Shown here: in pieces, positions 9,645 to 19,568 of the stretch
Layout of the letters: every line of letters starts with the position of its first letter
Numbering within the stretch: position 1 is the first letter of the stretch
Origin: Chloroflexia bacterium
GTDB lineage: Bacteria > Chloroflexota > Chloroflexia > DTKN01
Length of the DNA: 64,000 nucleotides
Direction of reading: 5' to 3'
Assembly: GCA_036172265.1 (NCBI GenBank)
Contig: JASFBA010000021.1
Coordinates: 4,158 to 68,157 of the forward strand
The notes under the pieces: model-generated
The model's database searches: none
What the model was told of the DNA's origin: nothing
The model's input: only the letters and a program-made list of their open reading frames with translations
Program-made: the position numbers and the translations under genes

Positions 9645-9673
9645 TTGCATCTCCTCCGGCGGTGTAGTAAAAT
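9645..9673 (+). promoter_or_regulatory. Putative sigma70 promoter of polA (-35 TTGCAT, 17-bp spacer, -10 TAAAAT)
   Basis: Located in the AT-rich divergent intergenic region, about 30 nt upstream of the polA ATG. Confidence 0.45.
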
Positions 9674-9705
9674 ACATATATCGCAAAGAGAAAAGGGGTA
9701 ACACC

Positions 9706-12522
9706 ATGTCCGAAAGACCTAAACTGGTTCTGATTGACGGCCACGCCCTCCTCTATCGAGCCTATCACGCCTTGCCGGCCACGATGGTGACCTCTAAGGG
9801 GGAGCCGACCAACGCCCTCTACGGCTTCCTCTCCACCGTCCTCAAGGTGCTTTCCGAGGAGCAGCCTGATTATGTGATCGTCTGCATGGACCGGGGGCGA
9901 ACCTTCCGCCACGACCTCTATAAGGAGTACAAGGCCCACCGGGCCAAGATGCCCGACGACCTGCGGCCGCAGGTGGATCGCGCCGAGGAGGTCCTGCAGG
10001 CCCTGGGCATTCCCTCCTGCGGCCTGGACGGGTACGAGGCCGACGACCTTATCGGCACGCTGGCCCGCCAAGCGGAGGAGGCCGGCCTGGATACCCTTAT
10101 CATCACCGGCGATAGCGATGCCCTCCAACTGGTCCGCGAGCACGTCCACGTGCTCGTCCCCGGCCGGAAATACAGCGATACCGTTCGCTATGACCCCGAC
10201 CGGGTGCGGGAACGCTACGGCTTCGAGGCCGAACGCCTGGTCGAGTTCAAGGCCCTCAAGGGCGACCCCTCCGATAACATCCCCGGCGTCCCCGGCGTCG
10301 GGGAGAAGACGGCCGAAGAACTGGTGCGCAACTTTGGCTCCCTGGAGGCCCTCTACGCAAAACTGGAGCAGGTTTCCCCACGCTACCGCAAGGCGCTGGA
10401 AGAAAATCGGGAGCAGGCTTTTCTCAGCCGGGACCTGGCCCGGATCCGCACCGATGTCCCGATCCGGCTGGACCTGGAGGGCAGCCGCTTCGGGGCCTAC
10501 GACCGTGAAGCGGTGGTACGCCTCTTCCGCGAACTCGAGTTCCGCAGCCTCCTGGAGCGGCTTCCCGGCCGGCGGGAGGTGGAGCCGGCCCCACCCTCCC
10601 GACAGTTGCCCCTCTTCGAAAGCGTCGCCCCGCCGGAACCCGCGGAGCATCCGGCCTACTGCATCGTCCGGGACGAGGCCGGCCTGAGGGAAATGCTCGC
10701 CGCCTTGGGTACCGGCCCCTTGGCCTTGGACACCGAGACCACTTCCACCCAGCCGATGGATACCGAACTGGTGGGAATTTCCCTGGCCCGGGGCGACGGC
10801 CGGGCCTGGTATATCCCGGTTGGCCACCGCACGCCCGACGGCCGGCGCCTTTCGGGGCAACTGCCCTGGGAGCAGATTCGCCAGTACCTCGCTCCTCTCC
10901 TTGGGGATGCCCGCATCCCCAAGATCGCCCACCACGCCAAGTTCGACACCCTGGTGCTCTCCGAGCAGGGACTGGAAGTGCGGGGCATCGCCTTCGATAC
11001 CCTGATCGCCGCTTACCTGGTGGGCGGACGTTCGGGCCTGGCCGAGGGCGAGGGCGAAGCCGAAAGCGGTTCCGCCGCCCTCCGGAAGGACCGCTCCATC
11101 GGGCTAAAGAACCTGGCCTTTCGTTACCTGGGCGTGGAGATGCGGGATATCGCCGAAATCCTGGGCAAGGGAAGGGCCCAGCGCACGATGGATCAGGTGC
11201 CGATCGAGGTGGTCGGCCCGTATGCCTGCGCCGATGCCGATATGACCTTCCGTCTGAAGGAGGTACTAGAAAAGCAACTGGTCGAAAACGGCTTGACCTC
11301 GCTTTTTGAGGAAGTGGAACTGCCGCTGATCGAGGTCCTGCGGGAGATGGAGCGCGTCGGCGTCCTCCTGGATATCCCCTTCCTCCTCCAGATGTCCCGG
11401 GAACTGCAACAGGCCCTGGGGGAACTGGAGGAGGAAATCTACGGATACGCCGGCCATCCCTTCAACGTCCACTCGACCCAGCAACTGGGCGAGGTCCTCT
11501 TCCGCGAACTGGGCCTGCCGCTCACGGCGACCAGCAAGTTGAAATCCGGGGGCTACTCCACGGCCAGCGATGTCCTGGAAAAGTTGCGCACCGCCCATCC
11601 CATCGTTGAGGCAGTGCTCCGGCTGCGCGAACTGGCGAAACTCAAGTCCACTTATGTGGACGCGCTGCCCCTTCTGGTCAACCGGCGCACCGGCCGGGTG
11701 CATACCTCCTTCAACCAGACCGCCACGGCCACCGGCCGGCTCTCCTCCTCCGACCCCAACCTCCAGAACATCCCCATCCGCACCGAGATCGGCCGCAAGG
11801 TTCGTCAGGCCTTTATCGCCTCCCCCGGCTGGGTCCTGCTCTCGGCCGACTACTCCCAGGTGGAACTGCGCATTCTGGCCCACCTCTCGCAGGACCCCGG
11901 CCTCCTGGAGGACTTTCGCCGGGGCGAGGATGTCCACGCCAGCACGGCGGCCACCCTTTTCGGCATCCCTGTCTCCCAGGTCACCCCGGAACAACGGCGC
12001 ATGGCCAAGACGGTGAACTTTGGGCTGATGTACGGGATGAGCGATTACGGGCTGGCCCAGCGGCTGGGGATTGACCAGAAGGTGGCGGCCCAGTTTATCT
12101 CCACCTACTTCCGCCGCTACGCCGGTGTGCGTCGCTACCTGGAGGAGACGGTTCGCCGGGGGCGGGAACTGGGCTATGTTTCCACGGTGTTGGGACGGCG
12201 CCGCTACATCCCGGAACTGCACTCCTCGAACCGCAACGTGCGGATGGCCGCCGAGCGCGAAGCGGTCAACACGCCGATTCAGGGCACGGCTGCCGACATC
12301 ATCAAGATCGCCATGGTACGGCTGTACCGCGCCCTCCAGGAGCGAAATCTGCGCAGCCGGATGCTCCTACAGGTGCATGACGAACTGGTGCTGGAGGTGC
12401 CGGAGGAAGAGGTCGAGGTCGTCGTTCCGCTGGTCAAAGAGGTCATGGAAGGCGCTTACCGGCTGGATGCGCCTTTACAGGTTGAGGTGCACACCGGGCC
12501 TAACTGGGGAGCCTTGAAATAA
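9706..12522 (+). CDS. polA: DNA polymerase I
   Basis: 938 aa. 5'-nuclease N-terminus (LVLIDGHALLYRAYHALP). 3'-5' exo-like and polymerase motifs (RRMAKTVNFGLMYGMS, LLQVHDELVLE). Confidence 0.95.
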   Translation: MSERPKLVLIDGHALLYRAYHALPATMVTSKGEPTNALYGFLSTVLKVLSEEQPDYVIVCMDRGRTFRHDLYKEYKAHRAKMPDDLRPQVDRAEEVLQALGIPSCGLDGYEADDLIGTLARQAEEAGLDTLIITGDSDALQLVREHVHVLVPGRKYSDTVRYDPDRVRERYGFEAERLVEFKALKGDPSDNIPGVPGVGEKTAEELVRNFGSLEALYAKLEQVSPRYRKALEENREQAFLSRDLARIRTDVPIRLDLEGSRFGAYDREAVVRLFRELEFRSLLERLPGRREVEPAPPSRQLPLFESVAPPEPAEHPAYCIVRDEAGLREMLAALGTGPLALDTETTSTQPMDTELVGISLARGDGRAWYIPVGHRTPDGRRLSGQLPWEQIRQYLAPLLGDARIPKIAHHAKFDTLVLSEQGLEVRGIAFDTLIAAYLVGGRSGLAEGEGEAESGSAALRKDRSIGLKNLAFRYLGVEMRDIAEILGKGRAQRTMDQVPIEVVGPYACADADMTFRLKEVLEKQLVENGLTSLFEEVELPLIEVLREMERVGVLLDIPFLLQMSRELQQALGELEEEIYGYAGHPFNVHSTQQLGEVLFRELGLPLTATSKLKSGGYSTASDVLEKLRTAHPIVEAVLRLRELAKLKSTYVDALPLLVNRRTGRVHTSFNQTATATGRLSSSDPNLQNIPIRTEIGRKVRQAFIASPGWVLLSADYSQVELRILAHLSQDPGLLEDFRRGEDVHASTAATLFGIPVSQVTPEQRRMAKTVNFGLMYGMSDYGLAQRLGIDQKVAAQFISTYFRRYAGVRRYLEETVRRGRELGYVSTVLGRRRYIPELHSSNRNVRMAAEREAVNTPIQGTAADIIKIAMVRLYRALQERNLRSRMLLQVHDELVLEVPEEEVEVVVPLVKEVMEGAYRLDAPLQVEVHTGPNWGALK

Positions 12523-12527
12523 CCGCT

Positions 12528-13934
12528 ATGGATGGAGACGAACTGCCCGTTGCCGAAGAGTTGCTGGGGTCGGTGGAAGCCGGTGGGGAGGCTCGGGAAC
12601 GGCCCGGCCCGTCCCGGCCTTCTTCCCTATCCCGAGATGCCCGGCCGCCCGTCCAGGCCGCCCTCTTCTTACCACGGCCGGTTCTGGCTTTGCTCCCCGT
12701 TCGGGCCTGGGTCATCCTTCTAGTGCCCTTCCTCTTTTTCCTCTTCCACCTTCCGGCCAGCCATCCACCCCTCCTCTGGGCCACATTGGGCCTGGCCCTG
12801 GCCTCCCTGCCGCTTTCCTATGCCTTGAGGCAGCGTAACCTTCTGGAGCACCGCCTGGTGCGGTGGGTTCTGCCGGCCCTGGACCTCCTCCTGGCCGCGC
12901 TCCTCGTCCTGGGCAGTTGCTCCTCCCGTAGCCCCTTTTTCCCCACCTTTTACCTCCCGATCGCCTACGCCGGCCTGCTGGAGGGTTACGCCGGCGGCCT
13001 GGGCCTGGGGCTGGTGATCTCCGGCTTCTACGGCCTCCTCTACGCCCTGGACTCCCACCCCGCCGAGCCGGTGCTGGCGCTGTCCTTGGCCCTCCTTTTC
13101 CCCTTGGCCGGCAGCATAAGCGGTTACCTGGGGCGTTCCTTCGCCCTTATGGGCCGGCGCAGCCAGGAGGTGCTCGAACAGGCCCGCCGGCTGTACCAAG
13201 AGGCCGAGGAGCGCCGTGCCCTCTATGAACGGTGGTATCGCGCCGTAGATCGCCTCAAGGCCGACTTTGTCTACTCCGCTTCCCACGAACTGCGCACGCC
13301 GCTGACGCCGGTCAAGGGTTATCTTCAACTCCTGCGCCACCCCGACTTTCCGATCCCGGAAGATAAGCGCCAGGACTATATGCAGATTATGGCCAACAAC
13401 GTGGACCTGCTGGCCCAACTGGTGGACGACATCCTCTACCTCCAGCGGATCACCCGCATCCCCATCGACCTGGAGAAATTCGCCATATCAGAGGTGGCCC
13501 GGCAGGCGGTGGAAGAGGTGGCCGGCGAGGCCGAGGAGAGCGAGGTCAGCATCCATCTGGACGATTGGGCCGGCCTGCCTCCTATCCTGGGAAGCAGCGA
13601 CAGCCTGAAACTGGTCCTTTCCAACCTGCTGGAGGCGGCCGTCCGCGATAGCCCGGCCGGGAGCGTGGTGCTCCTTTCCCTGCGGCCGGCCGGCGACGGT
13701 GTGGAGATTCGGGTGGCCGGGGCCGGCAAGGGCATCCCGGCCGAGCAACAGGAGCGTCTCTTCGACCTCTTCTTCCACGCCGACAGTTCGCCCACCTACG
13801 TCCTGGGGCGCGAGGGGTTGAGCCTGGCCGTAGTCCGCTACATCGTGGAAATGCATGGCGGCCGCGTCGCCGTAGAGAACCAACCTCGGGGAGGGATGGC
13901 TTTCATCGTCCATCTCCCCGGCCGGCCGGGATAG
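12528..13934 (+). CDS. Sensor histidine kinase (membrane, HisKA + HATPase_c)
   Basis: Multiple TM segments. H-box FVYSASHELRTPLTPVKGYLQLL. N/G boxes (LLEAAVRDSPAGSVV...AGAGKGIPAEQQERLFDLFFHAD). Confidence 0.8.
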   Translation: MDGDELPVAEELLGSVEAGGEARERPGPSRPSSLSRDARPPVQAALFLPRPVLALLPVRAWVILLVPFLFFLFHLPASHPPLLWATLGLALASLPLSYALRQRNLLEHRLVRWVLPALDLLLAALLVLGSCSSRSPFFPTFYLPIAYAGLLEGYAGGLGLGLVISGFYGLLYALDSHPAEPVLALSLALLFPLAGSISGYLGRSFALMGRRSQEVLEQARRLYQEAEERRALYERWYRAVDRLKADFVYSASHELRTPLTPVKGYLQLLRHPDFPIPEDKRQDYMQIMANNVDLLAQLVDDILYLQRITRIPIDLEKFAISEVARQAVEEVAGEAEESEVSIHLDDWAGLPPILGSSDSLKLVLSNLLEAAVRDSPAGSVVLLSLRPAGDGVEIRVAGAGKGIPAEQQERLFDLFFHADSSPTYVLGREGLSLAVVRYIVEMHGGRVAVENQPRGGMAFIVHLPGRPG

Positions 13935-13945
13935 GAGGAACATCC

Positions 13946-14821
13946 TTGGAACGTACCCTGATGGCCCTTTTTGCCCATCCCGATGACGAAAGTTTCGCTA
14001 CCGGCGGGACGCTGGCCCGCTACGCCGCCGAGGGCGTGCGGGTGGTGCTGGTCTGCGCCACGCGGGGCGAGGCCGGCATCGTCCATGACGAGGGGATGGT
14101 GGTGGCAGCGGAGGATATGGGGCGAGTGCGCGAAGAGGAGTTGCGCTGTGCCTGTCGGGTGCTGGGCGTCCAGGAACTGCACTTTCTGGGCTACCGCGAT
14201 TCCGGCATGGCCGGTAGCCCCGACAACGACCATCCCCAAGCCTTTTGTCGGGCCGAGCCGGCCGAGGTGGTCGAGCGAATCCTTGCCCTCTTCCGCCGCT
14301 TCCGTCCTCAGGTCGTGCTTACCTTCGGGCCGGACGGAGGCTATGGCCATCCCGACCACGTGGCTATCCACCGCCACGCCACAGCCGCCTGGAAAGCGGC
14401 CGAAGGCCTCCCGGAACCGCCGCGCAAACTCTATTATACCGCCATCTCTGCCGCCGCCTTCCGCCGCATCCGCGAGGCGATGTGGCGGCATGGGCTGATT
14501 CCCGAAAAACCCTCGGAGGAAGAAATCGCCCGGCGGGGTATCCCGGAGGAACGCATCACCACCGCCGTGGACATCCGCGACTTCTTAGGAAAGAAACTGG
14601 CTGCCCTGCACTGCCACCGCACGCAACTTGCCCCCAACCACCCCTGGCTGAACCTGCCCCAGGACTTGCGACGGGAGTATATGGGTTACGAGACCTTTAT
14701 CCTGGCCGAGGCCCGAGGCGTACAAGTTGCCCCGAAGGAAGAAGACCTGTTTGCCGGCCTCGTTCGGAACCGGAGGGTCAGAATCGGCAAAACTTTACAA
14801 GTGCCGGAAGACACGGTATAA
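13946..14821 (+). CDS. PIG-L/LmbE family N-acetylglucosaminyl deacetylase (BshB/MshB-like)
   Basis: LFAHPDDESFATGGTLARY...HPDHVAIH motifs. AGGAGG RBS 7 nt before the TTG at 13946 (alternative ATG at 13961). Confidence 0.75.
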   Translation: MERTLMALFAHPDDESFATGGTLARYAAEGVRVVLVCATRGEAGIVHDEGMVVAAEDMGRVREEELRCACRVLGVQELHFLGYRDSGMAGSPDNDHPQAFCRAEPAEVVERILALFRRFRPQVVLTFGPDGGYGHPDHVAIHRHATAAWKAAEGLPEPPRKLYYTAISAAAFRRIREAMWRHGLIPEKPSEEEIARRGIPEERITTAVDIRDFLGKKLAALHCHRTQLAPNHPWLNLPQDLRREYMGYETFILAEARGVQVAPKEEDLFAGLVRNRRVRIGKTLQVPEDTV

Positions 14822-14867
14822 TAAAACCAAACGGCACTTCCAACAGGGCCGGCTGTAGGAGAGACCG

Positions 14868-16127
14868 ATGGAGCGCGACATCCGCCTGTCCTGTACCCCC
14901 AGCCGGGAGCGTTTGCCCGTGCTGCAGGAACAGCAGGTCCTTTACCTTCTGCTGGAACTCCTCCCAACCGGCGGGGGAGAAGAACGGGCCCGCCTGCCGC
15001 TGGATGTCTGCTTGGTGCTCGATTGTAGCAGTTCGATGCGCGGCGACCGGCTGCACCAGGTCAAGGAAGCGGCCCGCTACATCGTCGGCCAATTGACCCC
15101 GGAGGACTATTTCTGCCTGATCACCTTCAACGACCGTGCCGCCGTGGTCGTCCCCCGGCAGCCGGTTCAGGCGCCGGCTGCCATCCGGGAACATATCTCG
15201 GAAATCCAGGCCTCCGGAGGGACGGAAATGGGCCGGGGGTTGGAACAGGCGCTGGAGCAGATGCTCCGGGTGGCCGCCTTCTCCGGCGTGCGCCGGATCA
15301 TCCTTCTGACCGACGGCCAGACCTATGGGGATGAGCAGCGTTGCGTCGAACTGGCCCATAAGGCGCAGGAGGCCGGAATCGGCCTCACCGCCCTGGGGGT
15401 GGGAAGCGAATGGAATGAGGACCTCCTGTCCACGATGGCCGCCCACGGGAATAGTCGAAGCGAGTACATCGCCGGGGAAGAAGCCATTGTCCCCCTCTTT
15501 CGAGAGGAGATGCGCCTCCTCCAGGGCATCGTGGCCCAGGAGATGGCCCTGACCCTGCAGCCGGCCCCTCAGGTGGAGGTCCGACACCTCTTCCGTGTGG
15601 CACCCGAAATCTCCCCGATGACGCTCCACGAAACCTGGGAAAAGGGCTACGATGTTCCTCTGGGGGAATGGCTGGGCGACCAGCCCCAGGTCTTCCTGGC
15701 CGAGGTCGTCCTGCCCCCGCTTTCCACAGGCCGGCATCGCTTCCTCCAGGTGGCTTTTTCCTACCGTCTGCCCCGCGAGAGAATCCGGCGGCAGGAAAAG
15801 TACGAACTGGCCCTGCCCTGCCAGGACCAGGTAAAGGAAATAGAAGTTCCCCCGAAGGTGAAGCGGGCACTGGAAAAGGTCACCGCCTACCGCTTGCAGG
15901 AACTGGCCTGGCAGGAGGTCCGCCGGGGCAATGTGGACCAAGCCACCCGCCGGCTGGCCTCGGTCATCACCCGGCTGGTGCAAATGGGGGAAGAGGAACT
16001 GGCCCGGAAGGTGGAGGAGGAAACCCGACGGTTGCTACGCACCGGGCAGACCTCCGCCGCCGGCAAGAAGGAAATCCGCTACAGCACTCGGCGTCTGGGT
16101 CGGCATTGGTCCGAGAGACCGGAGTAG
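14868..16127 (+). CDS. von Willebrand factor type A (VWA) domain protein
   Basis: MIDAS DxSxS motif (LVLDCSSSM) followed by a VWA fold (ILLTDGQTYGDE). 419 aa. Confidence 0.8.
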   Translation: MERDIRLSCTPSRERLPVLQEQQVLYLLLELLPTGGGEERARLPLDVCLVLDCSSSMRGDRLHQVKEAARYIVGQLTPEDYFCLITFNDRAAVVVPRQPVQAPAAIREHISEIQASGGTEMGRGLEQALEQMLRVAAFSGVRRIILLTDGQTYGDEQRCVELAHKAQEAGIGLTALGVGSEWNEDLLSTMAAHGNSRSEYIAGEEAIVPLFREEMRLLQGIVAQEMALTLQPAPQVEVRHLFRVAPEISPMTLHETWEKGYDVPLGEWLGDQPQVFLAEVVLPPLSTGRHRFLQVAFSYRLPRERIRRQEKYELALPCQDQVKEIEVPPKVKRALEKVTAYRLQELAWQEVRRGNVDQATRRLASVITRLVQMGEEELARKVEEETRRLLRTGQTSAAGKKEIRYSTRRLGRHWSERPE

Positions 16128-16691
16128 ATGACGATGATCGTCTGTCCCTATTGCCATCACAAGGTGCTCGAAGGAACGATCCTCTGTCCCGAATGCGGAG
16201 CCAGCCTGATTCCTGGCGAGATGTCCTCAACCGAGGAAACCGAACCCTCCCCGGCCCGCGCTCCAGGGGAGGGCCAGCCACCTCCTGAGGACCCCGAGGC
16301 CCGTTCGGAAAGCCGGACCACGGCCCACATCATCCCCGCCGAACTGCGCCTCCTCGTCCTCAACAGCGGGCGAACGATTCCCTGCCCGCTCAAGGAGGTG
16401 GTCCTGATCGGGCGCAGCGATGCCGCCGGCGGCATCTTTCCCGAGATCGACCTGACCCCGGACAACGGCTACCTGGCCGGTGTCTCGCGTCGCCATGCCC
16501 GCATCATCCGCCGGGGCAACGAATTCTACCTGGAAGACCTGGGCAGCCTGAACGGGACCTTCCTGAACCGCGACCGGCTGACCGCCCACGTCCCCGTGCC
16601 CTTTAGGGATGGCGACGAGATTCGCTTGGGCAATCTGGTAATGCGGGTGATTTTGGAGAAGATCGCTGCGGGTAGCGAAGGGGCAGGGTAG
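16128..16691 (+). CDS. FHA-domain protein with N-terminal zinc ribbon
   Basis: CPYCHH...CPECG ribbon. FHA core VVLIGRSDAAGGIFPEIDLTPDNGYLAGVSRRHARIIRRGNEFYLEDLGSLNGTFLN. The ATG immediately follows the VWA stop, so the two are translationally coupled. Confidence 0.8.
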   Translation: MTMIVCPYCHHKVLEGTILCPECGASLIPGEMSSTEETEPSPARAPGEGQPPPEDPEARSESRTTAHIIPAELRLLVLNSGRTIPCPLKEVVLIGRSDAAGGIFPEIDLTPDNGYLAGVSRRHARIIRRGNEFYLEDLGSLNGTFLNRDRLTAHVPVPFRDGDEIRLGNLVMRVILEKIAAGSEGAG

Positions 16692-16750
16692 CCCTGTCCC
16701 GGTCGGCAGGGTGCCCCTTTGGGGATGCCCAGAACCCGAGGAGGGAAACG

Positions 16751-16993
16751 GTGCCTACACTTCTGATCCACGTGATCGGCGAGGAACCGATTCTGGCCGA
16801 TGCGGAAACGCTCCCCGACCCCAAGGATCAGTTCCTCCACTTTTCCAACCCGCGCAAGCGTGACGGCAAGCCCGTTTCCTACGTCAGCCGGGGAGCGACC
16901 GACTTTTACCTCCCCTGGCATCGCATCAGCATCGTCGAAGTGCTGGGCGGTGCGGAAGAGGAAGTGGAGGTCGTGGAGTTCTTCCGCGAATGA
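16751..16993 (+). CDS. Hypothetical small protein (80 aa)
   Basis: GTG start. The stop overlaps (ATGA) the start of the downstream radical SAM gene. No recognisable family. Confidence 0.45.
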   Translation: MPTLLIHVIGEEPILADAETLPDPKDQFLHFSNPRKRDGKPVSYVSRGATDFYLPWHRISIVEVLGGAEEEVEVVEFFRE

Positions 16994-18882
16994 GTCTTGG
17001 GGATTGCTCCGGCCGGCCTGAGGCCCTCTCGGAGGGACTGGAGCGCATCTTGCCCACCGTCAGCCGGCCGGCCCGTTACACCGGCGGGGAATGGAACGCC
17101 CGTTCGGCCAACTGGGAGCAGGCTCGCCTGCGTTTTGCTCTGGCTTACCCTGACCTCTACGAAATCGGCATGGCCAACCTGGGCCTCATGATCCTTTACG
17201 ACCGGCTGAACCGGATGCCGGGGGTGCTGGCCGAGCGGGTCTATATGCCCTGGGTGGATATGGAGGCGGCTATGCGCCGTCGGGGCCTCCCCCTCTACGG
17301 TCTGGAAAGCCGCCACCCCCTGGCCGATTTCGACTTCCTGGGCTTTAGCCTGCCCTATGAACTCACCTATACCAACGTCCTGGCCATGCTCGACCTGGCC
17401 GGCCTGCCCCTCCTGGCGGAGGAACGGGGACCGGAACACCCCCTGGTCATCGCCGGCGGCTCCGGGGCTTATAACCCCGAACCGATGGCCGCCTTTGTAG
17501 ACCTCTTTGTCATCGGCGAGGGCGAGGAGGCCGTAGACGACCTGGCGGCCCTTTTCCTGGAAGTGCGGGCCTCCGGCGGCTCCCGGGAGGCTTTCCTGCG
17601 CCGGGCGGCCGGCCTTCCCGGCATCTATGTGCCCCGCTTCTACCGGGTGGACTACCACCCCGACGGCACCATCTCCCGCATCTCCCCCGAAAGCACCGAC
17701 ATCCCCCGCCGCATCCACAAGCGGGTGCTCGCCGACCTTTCCGCATCCCCGCCCGTAACCCGGCCGGTGGTGCCCTATGTGGATTCGGTCCATGACCGGG
17801 CGGTGGTGGAGATTCAGCGGGGCTGCAGCCGGGGCTGTCGCTTCTGCCAGGCCGGAATCGTCTACCGGCCGGTGCGCGAGCGTTCGCCCCAGGAAGTGCG
17901 CGCTGCCGTCCGTGAACTCCTGGCCCAAACCGGCTACGAGGAACTCTCCCTCCTCTCCTTCAGCACCAGCGACTATAGCCGCCTGCCGGAACTCCTGGAA
18001 GGGTTACAGGAAGACCACGCCGCGGCCGGCCTGACCCTCTCCCTCCCTTCCCTGCGCCTGGATGCTTTCTCCGTGGAACTGGCCGAGCGCCTTTCCCAAA
18101 GGCGGCATGTCGGCCTGACCTTTGCCCCCGAGGCCGGCACCCAGCGTCTGCGCGACGCCATCAACAAGGGACTGACCCGGGAGAACTTTGCCTCCACCCT
18201 GGAGGCCGCTTTCTCCCGTGGCTGGCGGCGGGTCAAACTTTACTTCATGATCGGCCTGCCCACGGAGGACGACGCCGACCTGGCCGGCATCGTCGAAATG
18301 GTGCAGGAGGCCCTGCGCATCGGGCGCAAGCATGCCGGACGGCGGGCCCGGCTGAGCATCAGCGTGGCCCCCTTCGTCCCCAAACCCCACACCCCCTTCC
18401 AGTGGGCCGGCCAGGATTCCCCTGAGGTGCTGGAGGAAAAACTCCGCTTCCTTCGCCGCTCGCTACGCGACCCGGCGATCGAACTCTCCTGGCAGGATGT
18501 CTCCGCCAGCCGACTGGAGGCCGCCCTTTCCCGTGGCGACCGGCGTCTGTCCCAGGTGATCCTCTTCGCCTGGCAGGATGGAGCGCGCTTTGACGCTTGG
18601 CAGGAGCACTTTCGGGCGGAACGCTGGTGGGAGGCCTTTGCCCGGGCGGGGTTGGACCCCACCTTCTATGCCCAGCGCCCCCGCCCTCGCACCGAAATTT
18701 TCCCCTGGGAGCACATCTCCTGTGGCGTTAGCCGGGCCTTTCTCTGGAAAGAGTATCGCCGGGCTATAAGCGGCGAGGCCACCCCCGATTGTCGCAGCGG
18801 CCCCTGCGCCGGATGCGGCGTCCAGCGCCTTGTCCCTTGCGCTTTCCGCAACTCGTTTGCGCCCCACCCGGCCCTGTGGTAA
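16990..18882 (+). CDS. B12-binding-domain radical SAM protein, TIGR03960-like
   Basis: 630 aa. N-terminal B12-binding-like region and a radical SAM CxxxCxxC (CSRGCRFC) in the middle. Overall architecture matches the uncharacterised TIGR03960 family. Confidence 0.75.
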   Translation: MSLGDCSGRPEALSEGLERILPTVSRPARYTGGEWNARSANWEQARLRFALAYPDLYEIGMANLGLMILYDRLNRMPGVLAERVYMPWVDMEAAMRRRGLPLYGLESRHPLADFDFLGFSLPYELTYTNVLAMLDLAGLPLLAEERGPEHPLVIAGGSGAYNPEPMAAFVDLFVIGEGEEAVDDLAALFLEVRASGGSREAFLRRAAGLPGIYVPRFYRVDYHPDGTISRISPESTDIPRRIHKRVLADLSASPPVTRPVVPYVDSVHDRAVVEIQRGCSRGCRFCQAGIVYRPVRERSPQEVRAAVRELLAQTGYEELSLLSFSTSDYSRLPELLEGLQEDHAAAGLTLSLPSLRLDAFSVELAERLSQRRHVGLTFAPEAGTQRLRDAINKGLTRENFASTLEAAFSRGWRRVKLYFMIGLPTEDDADLAGIVEMVQEALRIGRKHAGRRARLSISVAPFVPKPHTPFQWAGQDSPEVLEEKLRFLRRSLRDPAIELSWQDVSASRLEAALSRGDRRLSQVILFAWQDGARFDAWQEHFRAERWWEAFARAGLDPTFYAQRPRPRTEIFPWEHISCGVSRAFLWKEYRRAISGEATPDCRSGPCAGCGVQRLVPCAFRNSFAPHPALW

Positions 18883-18916
18883 AATAAAAAAGCCCTGAAG
18901 GGCAGGAGGAACGGCT

Positions 18917-19561
18917 GTGAAACCGGTCATCGTCGGCGTGGCCGGAGGAACCGGCTCGGGAAAAACCACCGTATCCTACGCCATCTTGGAGCGGGTGGGA
19001 CGCGACCGCATCGCTTACATTCAGCACGATTCCTACTACCGCGACCTCTCGCACCTGCCGCCGGAGGAGCGGGCCCGGGTCAACTTCGATCACCCCGATG
19101 CCCTGGAGAATGATCTTCTGATCCGGCATCTGCAACAACTGATCGCCGGCCGGCCGGCCGAGATCCCCATCTACGACTTTACCACCCACACCCGCCGGAA
19201 GGAGACCCGTACCGTCCTCCCCCACCGGGTTATCCTGCTCGAGGGCATCCTCATCTTTGCCGATAAGATGCTGCGGGAGATGATGGACGTCAAAATCTTC
19301 GTGGACACCGATGCTGACCTGCGCTTCATCCGCCGCCTGGGACGGGACATTGCCGAACGCGGTCGGACGATGGAATCGGTGATCCGCCAGTACCTGGAGA
19401 CTGTCCGCCCGATGCACCTGGAGTTTGTCGAGCCGAGCAAACGCTATGCCGACATCATCATCCCCGAGGGCGGCTTCAACACCATCGCCATTGACATGGT
19501 CGTGGCCCGCATCGAGGCTCTGCTCCAGGAATCGGGGCTAGATGTACTGCGAAACCTCTGA
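18917..19561 (+). CDS. udk: Uridine kinase
   Basis: P-loop VGVAGGTGSGKTT and the characteristic IIIPEGG/DTDADLR motifs. GTG start with a GGAGG RBS. Confidence 0.9.
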   Translation: MKPVIVGVAGGTGSGKTTVSYAILERVGRDRIAYIQHDSYYRDLSHLPPEERARVNFDHPDALENDLLIRHLQQLIAGRPAEIPIYDFTTHTRRKETRTVLPHRVILLEGILIFADKMLREMMDVKIFVDTDADLRFIRRLGRDIAERGRTMESVIRQYLETVRPMHLEFVEPSKRYADIIIPEGGFNTIAIDMVVARIEALLQESGLDVLRNL

Positions 19562-19568
19562 GGTTCGG

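Noticed and set aside
18881-18904. A-tract + GCCCTGAAGGGC hairpin after the radical SAM gene as a terminator
   Set aside because: The stem is only 4-5 bp. The T-tract would be on the minus strand, where no gene ends. It is too weak to call.
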